Origin: Squalus acanthias | Taxonomy: Eukaryota | Length of the DNA: 64,000 nt | Direction: 5' to 3' | Assembly (NCBI GenBank): GCA_030390025.1 | Contig: CM059431.1 | Span: forward strand, 97,156,001-97,220,000 | Part shown: piece by piece, positions 26,265-40,000 of the stretch | Position numbering within the stretch: the first letter of the stretch is position 1 | How the letters are laid out: each line of letters opens with the position of its first letter | Made by a program: the position numbers and the translations under genes | Notes under the pieces: model-generated | Databases searched by the model: none | The model's input: the letters and a program-made list of their open reading frames with translations, nothing else | Told to the model about the DNA's origin: nothing

Positions 26265-27037
26265 GGGGGAAAAATTCAGCTGCTTGCGCCTCCCGTTAGC
26301 GCCTTAAATGGGCGCTAATGGGGCGTAAAGCAGCTAACGCCCGGGCGCAGCGCCGCCCACGCCTCCCGAAAAATTTAGTGGGAGGTTAGCGGCGGCGGCA
26401 GCCGGTAGCGCCCTGTGGCGCTGCGCCGCCGGCGATGACGTCATCGCCGTGCGCAGCGCCCCGCTCGCGCCCCGGCCGTGATCTTCAGTCGCGCCCCCTG
26501 ATTTACCGCCAGACGCTATGTCCGACGGGTTCAGGGGGGCGTACGTGCGGCCGGGGCGGCGATATTTAAAGGGGAGGTGGCAGGCGGCCATTTTTGTTGC
26601 TGGCCGCCTGCCAGCACCTGCCCCCGTTGCTGTCCCCGGCCCCCGTGAAGCCCCCCCACCGTGAAGTGCCGGCTGCGCTCCAAGAGCCCGGCACTTCTCT
26701 TGAGTGCCGGGCTCTTTTGCCGGCACTCCCGATCCCTGGGAGCCCAGCTGGGCCCCGGTTCGCGCTGCGCAAGGCCCCTCCCCTTTAAGAAGGGGAGGAA
26801 GGCCTGCAATACCGCGGCGCGACGTGCCGCAGCGCGTGGCGCTGCGGCACGTAGCGCCAGGATATTCACTCGCAGCGCCCCAAGAGGGATGCGGGGTGCT
26901 TCCAGTTGCGCCCCGCTTCCCTCTTGGGGCGCAACCACTGAAGTTCCGGCGCGGGGCCGCTAATTTTTTCGGGGCGCTAAAAGTCGCGCCCCGGCGAGGT
27001 TAGCGCCCCAAATGGGGCGCGACTCAATTTTTACCCC
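26265..27037. mobile_element. 773-bp non-autonomous Harbinger-type element (MITE), copy 1
   Basis: TIRs GGGGGAAAAATTCAG / CTCAATTTTTACCCC (13 of 15 match); 3-bp TAT duplication (26262-64, 27038-40) within the monomer AACAC-TAT-AGGTCTATT; very GC/CpG rich. Confidence 0.92.
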
Positions 27038-30000
27038 TATAGGTCTATTCTGTACCCACACTGGGGCTATAACACTATAGGGCCATTCTGTGCCCACACT
27101 GGGGCTATAACACTATAGGGCCATTCTATACCCACACTGGGGCTATAATACTATAGGGCCATTCTATACGCACACTGAGCTATAACACTATGGGGCCATT
27201 CTGTACCCACACTGGGGCTATAAAACTATAGGGCCATTCTGTGCCCACACTGGGGCTATAACACTATAGGGCCATTCTATACCCATACTGGGCTATAACA
27301 CTATAGGGCCATTCTATACTCACACTGGGGCTATAACACTATAGGGCCATGCTGTGCCCACACTGGGGCTATAACACTATAGGGCCATTCTATACACACA
27401 CTGGGGCTATAATACTATAGGGCCATTCTGTGCCCACACTGGGTTATAACACTACAGGGCCATTCTATACCCACACTGGGGCTATAACACTATAGGGCAA
27501 TTCTATACCCACACTGGGCGATAACACTATAGGGCCATTCTATACCCACACTGGGGCTATAACACTATAGGGCCATTCTATACCCACACTGGGCTGTAAC
27601 ACTATAGGGCCATTCTATACCCACACTAGGCTATAACAATATAGGACCATTCTAGACCCACACTGGGCGATAACACTATAGGGCCATTCTATACCCACAC
27701 TGGGGCTATAACACTATAGGGCCATTCTATACCCACACTGGGCGATAACACTATAGGGCCATTCTATACCCACACTGGGCTATAACAATATAGGACCATT
27801 CTAGACCCACACTGGGCTATAACACTATAGGGCCATTCTATACCCACACTGGGATATAACACTATAGGGCCATTCTATACTCACACTGGGGCTATAACAC
27901 TATAGGGCCATTCTATACCCACACTGGGGCTATAACACTAAAGGGCCATTCTGTGCCCACACTGGGGCTATAACACTATAGGTTCATTCTATACCCACAC
28001 TGGGGATATAACACTATAGGGCCATTCTGTGCCCACACTGGGGCTATAACACTATAGGGCCATTCTATACCCACACTGGGGCTACAACACTATAGGGCCA
28101 TTCTATAACCACACTGGGCTATAACACTATAGGGCCATTCTATACTCACACTGGGCAATAACACTATAGGCCCATTCTATACCCACACTGGGGCTATAAC
28201 ACTATAGGGCCATTCTATACCCACACTGGGCTATAACACTATAGGGCCATTCTATACCCACACTGGGCTATAATACTATAGGGCCATTCTATACCTACAC
28301 TGGGCTATAACACTACAGGGCCATTCTATACTCACACTGGGATATAATACTAAAGGGCCATTCTATACCCACACTGGGGCTATAACACTATAGGGCCATT
28401 CTATAATCACACTGGGGCTATAACACTATAGGGCCATTCTATACCCACACTGGGGCTATAACACTATAGTGCCATTCTATACCCACACTTGGGCTATAAC
28501 ACTATAGGGCTATTCTATACCCACACTGGGGCTATAACACTATAGGGCCATTCTGTGCCCACACTGGGGCTATAAAACTATAGTGCCATTCTATACCCAC
28601 ACTGGGGCTATAACACTATAGGGCCATTCTGTGCCCACACTGGGGCTATAACACTATAGGGCCATTCTATACCCACACTGGGGCTATAACACTATAGGGC
28701 CATTCTGTGCCCACACTGGGGCTATAACACTATAGGGCCATTCTATACCCACACTGGGGCTATAACACTATAGGGCCATTCTATAACCACACTGGGCTAT
28801 AACACTATAGGGCCATTCTATACTCACACTGGGCTATAACACTATAGGCCCATTCTTTACCCACACTGGTGCTATAACACTATAGGGCCATTCTATACCC
28901 AAACTGGGGCTATAACACTATAGGGCAATTCTATACCCACACTGGGCTATAACACTATAGGGCCATTCTATACCCACACTGGGCTATAACGCTATAGGGC
29001 CATTCTATACTCACACTGGGATATAATACTAAAGGGCCATTCTATACCCACACTGGGGCTATAACACTATAGGGCCATTCTATACTCACACTGGGCTATA
29101 ACACAATAGGGCCATTCTATACTCACACTGGGGCTATAACACTATAGGGCCATTCTATACCCACACTGGGGCTATAACACTATAGTGCCATTCTATACCC
29201 ACACTTGGGCTATAACACTATAGGGCTATTCTATACCCACACTGTGGCTATAACACTATAGGGCCATTCTGTGCCCACACTGGGGCTATAAAACTATGGG
29301 GCCATTCTATACTCACACTGGGGCTATAACACTATAGGGCCATTCTATACCCACACTGGGGCTATAATACTATAGGGCCATTCTATACCCACACTGAGCT
29401 ATAACACTATAGGTCTATTCTGTACCCACACTGGGGCAATAACACTATGGGGCCATTCTGTACCCACTCTGGGGCTATAACACTATAGGGCCATTCTGTG
29501 CCCACACTGGGGCTATAACACTATAGGGCCAATCTATACCCATACTGGGCTATAACACTATAGGGCCATTCTATACTCACACTGGGGCTATAACACTATA
29601 GGGCCATTCTGTGCCCACACTGGGGCTATAACACTATAGGGCCATTCTATACCCACACTGGGGCTATAACACTATAGGGCCATTCTGTGCCCACAATGGG
29701 TTATAACAATATAGGGCCATTCTATACCCACACATGGGCTATAACACTGTAGGGCAATTCTATACCCACACTGGGCGATAACACTATAGGGCCATTCTAT
29801 ACCCACACTGGGGCTATAACACTATAGGGCCATTCTATACCCACACTGGGCTATAACACTATAGGGCCATTCTATACCCACACTGGGCTATAACAATATA
29901 GGACCATTCTAGACCCACACTGGGCTATAACACTATAGGGCCATTCTATACCCACACTGGGATATAACACTATAGGGCCATTCTATACTCACACTGGGGC

Positions 30001-33000
30001 TATAACACTATAGGGCCATTCTATACCCACACTGGGGCTATAATACTATAGGGCCATTCTATACCCACACTGAGCTATAACACTATAGGTCTATTCTGTA
30101 CCCACACTGGGGCTATAACACTATAGGGCCATTCTGTGCCCACACTGGGGCTATAACACTATAGGGCCATTATATACCCACACTGGGGCTATAATACTAT
30201 AGGGCCATTCTATACGCACACTGAGCTATAACACTATGGGGCCATTCTGTACCCACACTGGGGCTATAAAACTATAGGGCCATTCTGTGCCCACACTGGG
30301 GCTATAACACTATAGGGCCATTCTATACCCATACTGGGCTATAACACTATAGGGCCATTCTATACTCACACTGGGGCTATAACACTATAGGGCCATGCTG
30401 TGCCCACACTGGGGCTATAACACTATAGGGCCATTCTATACCCACACTGGGGCTATAACACTATAGGGCCATTCTGTGCCCACACTGGGTTATAACACTA
30501 TAGGGCCATTCTATACCCACACTGGGGCTATAACACTATAGGGCAATTCTATACCCACACTGGGCGATAACACTATAGGGCCATTCTATACCCACACTGG
30601 GGCTATAACACTATAGGGCCATTCTATACCCACACTGGGCTATAACACTATAGGGCCATTCTATACCTACACTGGGCTATAACACTACAGGGCCATTCTA
30701 TACTCACACTGGGATATAATACTAAAGGGCCATTCTATACCCACACTGGGGCTATAACACTATAGGGCCATTCTATAATCACACTGGGGCTATAACACTA
30801 TAGGGCCATTCTATACCCACACTGGGGCTATAACACTATAGTGCCATTCTATACCCACACTTGGGCTATAACACTATAGGGCTATTCTATACCCACACTG
30901 GGGCTATAACACTATAGGGCCATTCTGTGCCCACACTGGGGCTATAAAACTATAGTGCCATTCTATACCCACACTGGGGCTATAACACTATAGGGCCATT
31001 CTGTGCCCACACTGGGGCTATAACACTATAGGGCCATTCTATACCCACACTGGGGCTATAACACTATAGGGCCATTCTGTGCCCACACTGGGGCTATAAC
31101 ACTATAGGGCCATTCTATACCCACACTGGGGCTATAACACTATAGGGCCATTCTATAACCACACTGGGCTATAACACTATAGGGCCATTCTATACTCACA
31201 CTGGGCTATAACACTATAGGCCCATTCTTTACCCACACTGGTGCTATAACACTATAGGGCCATTCTATACCCAAACTGGGGCTATAACACTATAGGGCAA
31301 TTCTATACCCACACTGGGCTATAACACTATAGGGCCATTCTATACCCACACTGGGCTATAACGCTATAGGGCCATTCTATACTCACACTGGGATATAATA
31401 CTAAAGGGCCATTCTATACCCACACTGGGGCTATAACACTATAGGGCCATTCTATACTCACACTGGGCTATAACACAATAGGGCCATTCTATACTCACAC
31501 TGGGGCTATAACACTATAGGGCCATTCTATACCCACACTGGGGCTATAACACTATAGTGCCATTCTATACCCACACTTGGGCTATAACACTATAGGGCTA
31601 TTCTATACCCACACTGTGGCTATAACACTATAGGGCCATTCTGTGCCCACACTGGGGCTATAAAACTATAGGGCCATTCTATACTCACACTGGGGCTATA
31701 ACACTATAGGGCCATTCTATACCCACACTGGGGCTATAATACTATAGGGCCATTCTATACCCACACTGAGCTATAACACTATAGGTCTATTCTGTACCCA
31801 CACTGGGGCAATAACACTATGGGGCCATTCTGTACCCACTCTGGGGCTATAACACTATAGGGCCATTCTGTGCCCACACTGGGGCTATAACACTATAGGG
31901 CCAATCTATACCCATACTGGGCTATAACACTATAGGGCCATTCTATACTCACACTGGGGCTATAACACTATAGGGCCATTCTGTGCCCACACTGGGGCTA
32001 TAACACTATAGGGCCATTCTATACCCACACTGGGGCTATAACACTATAGGGCCATTCTGTGCCCACAATGGGTTATAACAATATAGGGCCATTCTATACC
32101 CACACATGGGCTATAACACTGTAGGGCAATTCTATACCCACACTGGGCGATAACACTATAGGGCCATTCTATACCCACACTGGGGCTATAACACTATAGG
32201 GCCATTCTATACCCACACTGGGCTATAACACTATAGGGCCATTCTATACCCACACTGGGCTATAACAATATAGGACCATTCTAGACCCACACTGGGCTAT
32301 AACACTATAGGGCCATTCTATACCCACACTTGGATATAACACTATAGGGCCATTCTATACTCACACTGGGGCTATAACACTATAGGGCCATTCTATACCC
32401 ACACTGGGGCTATAATACTATAGGGCCATTCTATACCCACACTGAGCTATAACACTATAGGTCTATTCTGTACCCACACTGGGGCTATAACACTATAGGG
32501 CCATTCTGTGCCCACACTGGGGCTATAACACTATAGGGCCATTATATACCCACACTGGGGCTATAATACTATAGGGCCATTCTATACGCACACTGAGCTA
32601 TAACACTATGGGGCCATTCTGTACCCACACTGGGGCTATAAAACTATAGGGCCATTCTGTGCCCACACTGGGGCTATAACACTATAGGGCCATTCTATAC
32701 CCATACTGGGCTATAACACTATAGGGCCATTCTATACTCACACTGGGGCTATAACACTATAGGGCCATGCTGTGCCCACACTGGGGCTATAACACTATAG
32801 GGCCATTCTATACCCACACTGGGGCTATAACACTATAGGGCCATTCTGTGCCCACACTGGGTTATAACACTATAGGGCCATTCTATACCCACACTGGGGC
32901 TATAACACTATAGGGCAATTCTATACCCACACTGGGCGATAACACTATAGGGCCATTCTATACCCACACTGGGGCTATAACACTATAGGGCCATTCTATA

Positions 33001-36000
33001 CCCACACTGGGCTATAACACTATAGGGCCATTCTATACCCACACTGGGCTATAACAATATAGGACCATTCTAGACCCACACTGGGCTATAACACTATAGG
33101 GCCATTCTATACCCAAACTGGGATATAACACTACAGGGCCATTCTATACTCACACTGGGGCTATAACACTATAGGGCCATTCTATACCCACACTGGGGCT
33201 ATAACACTATAGGGCCATTCTGTGCCCACACTGGGGCTATAACACTATAGGTTCATTCTATACCCACACTGGGGCTATAACACTATAGGGCCAATCTGTG
33301 CCCACACTGGGGCTATAACACTATAGGGCCATTCTATACCCACACTGGGGCTATAATACTATAGGACCATTCTATACCCACACTGAGCTATAACACTATA
33401 GGGCTATTCTGTACCCACACTGGGGCTATAACACTATAGGGCCATTCTGTGCCCACACTGGGGCTATAACACTATAGGGCCATTCTATACCCATACTGGG
33501 CTATAACACTATAGGGCCATTCTATACCCACACTGGGGCTATAACACTATAGGGCCATTCTGTGCCCACACTAGGGCTATAACACTATAGGGCCATTCTA
33601 TACTCACACTGGGGCTATAACACTATAGGGCCATTCTGTGCCCACACTGGGGCAATAACACTATCGGGCCATTCTATACCCACACTGGGGCTATAACATT
33701 ATAGGGCCATTCTGTGCCCACACTGGGTTATAACACTATAGGGCCATTCTATACCCACACTGGGGCTATAACACTATAGGGCAATTCTATACCCACACTG
33801 GGCGATAACACTATAGGGCCATTCTATACCCACACTGGGGCTATAACACAATAGGGCCATTCTACACCCACACTGGGCTATAACACTATAGGGCCATTCT
33901 ATACCCACACTGGGCTATAACAATATAGGACCATTCTAGACTCACACTGTGGCTATAACACTATAGGGCCATTCTATACCCACACTGGGGCTATAACACT
34001 ATAGGGCCATTCTGTGCCCACACTGGGGCTATAACACTATAGGTTCATTCTATACCCACACTGGGGCTATAACACTATAGGGCCATTCTGTGCCCACACT
34101 GGGGCTATAACACTATAGGGCCATTCTATACCCACACTGGGGCTATAACACTATAGGGCCATTCTATAACCACACTGGGCTATAACACTATAGGGCCATT
34201 CTATACTCACACTGGGCTATAACACTATAGGCCCATTCTATACCCACACTGGGGCTATAACACTATAGGGCCATTCTATACCCACACTGGGCTATAACAC
34301 TATAGGGCCATTCTATACCCACACTGGGCTATAACACTATAGGGCCATTCTGTGCCCACACTGGGGCTATAACACTATAGGGCCATTCTATACCCACACT
34401 TGGCGATAACACTATAGGGCAATTCTATACCCACACTGGGCTATAACACTATAGGGCCATTCTATACCCACACTGGGCTATAACACTATAGGGCCATTCT
34501 ATACTCACACTGGGATATAATACTAAAGGGCCATTCTATACCCACACTGGGGCTATAACACTATAGGGCCATTCTATACTCACACTGGGCTATAACACTA
34601 TAGGGCCATTCTATACTCACACTGGGGCTATAACACTATAGGGCCATTCTATACCCACACTGGGGCTATAACACTATAGTGCCATTCTATACCCACACTT
34701 GGGCTATAACACTATAGGGCTATTCTATACCCACACTGGGGCTATAACACTATAGGGCCATTCTGTGCCCACACTGGGGCTATAAAACTATAGTGCCATT
34801 CTATACCCACACTGGGGCTATAACACTATAGGGCCATTCTGTGCCCACACTGGGGCTATAACACTATAGGGCCATTCTATACCCACACTGGGGCTATAAC
34901 ACTATAGGGACATTCTATAACCACACTGGGCTATAACACTATAGGGCCATTCTATACTCACACTGGGCTATAACACTATAGGCCCATTCTATACCCACAC
35001 TGGTGCTATAACACTATAGGGCCATTCTATACCCAAACTGGGGCTATAACACTATAGGGCCATTCTATACCCACACTTGGTAATAACACCATAGGGCAAT
35101 TCTATACCCACACTGGGCTATAACACTATAGGGCCATTCTATACCCACACTGAGCTATAACGCTATAGGGCCATTCTATACTCACACTGGGATATAATAC
35201 TAAAGGGCCATTCTATACCCACACTGGGGCTATAAAACTATAGGGCCATTCTATACTCACACTGGGCTATAACACTATAGGGCCATTCTATACTCACACT
35301 GGGGCTATAACACTATAGGGCCATTCTATACCCACACTGGGGCTATAACCCTATAGTGCCATTCTATACCCACACTTGGGCTATAACACTATAGGGCTAT
35401 TCTATACCCACACTGTGGCTATAACACTATAGGGCCATTCTGTGCCCACACTGGGGCTATAACACTATAGGGCCATTCTATACTCACACTGGGGCTATAA
35501 CACTATAGGGCCATTCTATACCCACACTGGGGCTATAATACTATAGGGCCATTCTATACCCACACTGAGCTATAACACTATAGGTCTATTCTGTACCCAC
35601 ACTGGGGCAATAACACTATAGGGCCATTCTGTGCCCACTCTGGGGCTATAACACTATAGGGCCATTCTATACCCACACTGGGGCTATAATACTATAGGGC
35701 CATTCTATACCCACACTGAGCTATAACACTATGGGGCCATTCTGTACCCACACTGGGGCTATAAAACTATCGGGCCATTCTGTGCCCACACTGGGGCTAT
35801 AACACTATAGGGCCATTCTATACCCATACTGGGCTATAAAACTATAGGGCCATTCTATACTCACACTGGGGCTATAACACTATAGGGCCATTCTGTGCCC
35901 ACACTGGGGCTATAACACTATAGGGCCATTCTATACCCACACTGGGGCTATAACACTATAGGGCAATTCTATACCCACACTGGGCGATAACACTATAGGG

Positions 36001-36295
36001 CCATTCTATACCCACACTGGGGCTATAACACTATAGGGCCATTCTATACCCACACTGGGCTATAACACTATAGGGCCATTCTATACCCACACTGGGCTAT
36101 AACAATATAGGACCATTCTAGACCCACACTGGGCTATAACACTCTAGGGCCATTCTATACTCACACTGGGATATAACACTATAGGGCCATTCTATACTCA
36201 CACTGGGGCTATAACACTATAGGGCTATTCTATACCCACACTGGGGCTATAATACTATAGGGCCATTCTATACCCACACTGAGCTATAACACTAT

Positions 36296-37068
36296 GGGGG
36301 AAAAATTCAGCTGCTTGCGCCTCCCGTTAGCGCCTTAAATGGGCGCTAATGGGGCGTAAAGCAGCTAACGCCCGGGCGCAGCGCCGCCCACGCCTCCCGA
36401 AAAATTTAGTGGGAGGTTAGCGGCGGCGGCAGCCGGTAGCGCCCTGTGGCGCTGCGCCGCCGGCGATGACGTCATCGCCGTGCGCAGCGCCCCGCTCGCG
36501 CCCCGGCCGTGATCTTCAGTCGCGCCCCCTGATTTACCGCCAGACGCTATGTCCGACGGGTTCAGGGGGGCGTACGTGCGGCCGGGGCGGCGATATTTAA
36601 AGGGGAGGTGGCAGGCGGCCATTTTTGTTGCTGGCCGCCTGCCAGCACCTGCCCCCGTTGCTGTCCCCGGCCCCCGTGAAGCCCCCCCACCGTGAAGTGC
36701 CGGCTGCGCTCCAAGAGCCCGGCACTTCTCTTGAGTGCCGGGCTCTTTTGCCGGCACTCCCGATCCCTGGGAGCCCAGCTGGGCCCCGGTTCGCGCTGCG
36801 CAAGGCCCCTCCCCTTTAAGAAGGGGAGGAAGGCCTGCAATACCGCGGCGCGACGTGCCGCAGCGCGTGGCGCTGCGGCACGTAGCGCCAGGATATTCAC
36901 TCGCAGCGCCCCAAGAGGGATGCGGGGTGCTTCCAGTTGCGCCCCGCTTCCCTCTTGGGGCGCAACCACTGAAGTTCCGGCGCGGGGCCGCTAATTTTTT
37001 CGGGGCGCTAAAAGTCGCGCCCCGGCGAGGTTAGCGCCCCAAATGGGGCGCGACTCAATTTTTACCCC
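36296..37068. mobile_element. 773-bp Harbinger-type MITE, copy 2
   Basis: Same sequence, TSD and flanking monomer variants as copy 1, offset 10,031 bp; the ORF track is identical for both. Confidence 0.92.
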
Positions 37069-40000
37069 TATAGGTCTATTCTGTACCCACACTGGGGCTA
37101 TAACACTATAGGGCCATTCTGTGCCCACACTGGGGCTATAACACTATAGGGCCATTCTATACCCACACTGGGGCTATAATACTATAGGGCCATTCTATAC
37201 GCACACTGAGCTATAACACTATGGGGCCATTCTGTACCCACACTGGGGCTATAAAACTATAGGGCCATTCTGTGCCCACACTGGGGCTATAACACTATAG
37301 GGCCATTCTATACCCATACTGGGCTATAACACTATAGGGCCATTCTATACTCACACTGGGGCTATAACACTATAGGGCCATGCTGTGCCCACACTGGGGC
37401 TATAACACTATAGGGCCATTCTATACACACACTGGGGCTATAATACTATAGGGCCATTCTGTGCCCACACTGGGTTATAACACTACAGGGCCATTCTATA
37501 CCCACACTGGGGCTATAACACTATAGGGCAATTCTATACCCACACTGGGCGATAACACTATAGGGCCATTCTATACCCACACTGGGGCTATAACACTATA
37601 GGGCCATTCTATACCCACACTGGGCTGTAACACTATAGGGCCATTCTATACCCACACTAGGCTATAACAATATAGGACCATTCTAGACCCACACTGGGCG
37701 ATAACACTATAGGGCCATTCTATACCCACACTGGGGCTATAACACTATAGGGCCATTCTATACCCACACTGGGCGATAACACTATAGGGCCATTCTATAC
37801 CCACACTGGGCTATAACAATATAGGACCATTCTAGACCCACACTGGGCTATAACACTATAGGGCCATTCTATACCCACACTGGGATATAACACTATAGGG
37901 CCATTCTATACTCACACTGGGGCTATAACACTATAGGGCCATTCTATACCCACACTGGGGCTATAACACTAAAGGGCCATTCTGTGCCCACACTGGGGCT
38001 ATAACACTATAGGTTCATTCTATACCCACACTGGGGATATAACACTATAGGGCCATTCTGTGCCCACACTGGGGCTATAACACTATAGGGCCATTCTATA
38101 CCCACACTGGGGCTACAACACTATAGGGCCATTCTATAACCACACTGGGCTATAACACTATAGGGCCATTCTATACTCACACTGGGCAATAACACTATAG
38201 GCCCATTCTATACCCACACTGGGGCTATAACACTATAGGGCCATTCTATACCCACACTGGGCTATAACACTATAGGGCCATTCTATACCCACACTGGGCT
38301 ATAATACTATAGGGCCATTCTATACCTACACTGGGCTATAACACTACAGGGCCATTCTATACTCACACTGGGATATAATACTAAAGGGCCATTCTATACC
38401 CACACTGGGGCTATAACACTATAGGGCCATTCTATAATCACACTGGGGCTATAACACTATAGGGCCATTCTATACCCACACTGGGGCTATAACACTATAG
38501 TGCCATTCTATACCCACACTTGGGCTATAACACTATAGGGCTATTCTATACCCACACTGGGGCTATAACACTATAGGGCCATTCTGTGCCCACACTGGGG
38601 CTATAAAACTATAGTGCCATTCTATACCCACACTGGGGCTATAACACTATAGGGCCATTCTGTGCCCACACTGGGGCTATAACACTATAGGGCCATTCTA
38701 TACCCACACTGGGGCTATAACACTATAGGGCCATTCTGTGCCCACACTGGGGCTATAACACTATAGGGCCATTCTATACCCACACTGGGGCTATAACACT
38801 ATAGGGCCATTCTATAACCACACTGGGCTATAACACTATAGGGCCATTCTATACTCACACTGGGCTATAACACTATAGGCCCATTCTTTACCCACACTGG
38901 TGCTATAACACTATAGGGCCATTCTATACCCAAACTGGGGCTATAACACTATAGGGCAATTCTATACCCACACTGGGCTATAACACTATAGGGCCATTCT
39001 ATACCCACACTGGGCTATAACGCTATAGGGCCATTCTATACTCACACTGGGATATAATACTAAAGGGCCATTCTATACCCACACTGGGGCTATAACACTA
39101 TAGGGCCATTCTATACTCACACTGGGCTATAACACAATAGGGCCATTCTATACTCACACTGGGGCTATAACACTATAGGGCCATTCTATACCCACACTGG
39201 GGCTATAACACTATAGTGCCATTCTATACCCACACTTGGGCTATAACACTATAGGGCTATTCTATACCCACACTGTGGCTATAACACTATAGGGCCATTC
39301 TGTGCCCACACTGGGGCTATAAAACTATAGGGCCATTCTATACTCACACTGGGGCTATAACACTATAGGGCCATTCTATACCCACACTGGGGCTATAATA
39401 CTATAGGGCCATTCTATACCCACACTGAGCTATAACACTATAGGTCTATTCTGTACCCACACTGGGGCAATAACACTATGGGGCCATTCTGTACCCACTC
39501 TGGGGCTATAACACTATAGGGCCATTCTGTGCCCACACTGGGGCTATAACACTATAGGGCCAATCTATACCCATACTGGGCTATAACACTATAGGGCCAT
39601 TCTATACTCACACTGGGGCTATAACACTATAGGGCCATTCTGTGCCCACACTGGGGCTATAACACTATAGGGCCATTCTATACCCACACTGGGGCTATAA
39701 CACTATAGGGCCATTCTGTGCCCACAATGGGTTATAACAATATAGGGCCATTCTATACCCACACATGGGCTATAACACTGTAGGGCAATTCTATACCCAC
39801 ACTGGGCGATAACACTATAGGGCCATTCTATACCCACACTGGGGCTATAACACTATAGGGCCATTCTATACCCACACTGGGCTATAACACTATAGGGCCA
39901 TTCTATACCCACACTGGGCTATAACAATATAGGACCATTCTAGACCCACACTGGGCTATAACACTATAGGGCCATTCTATACCCACACTGGGATATAACA

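Noticed and set aside
26334..27003. Six overlapping ORFs in the GC-rich insert (repeated at 36365-37034), or a CpG-island gene promoter
   Set aside because: High GC suppresses stops, the peptides are low-complexity, and the insert has TIRs and a TSD, so it is a MITE.
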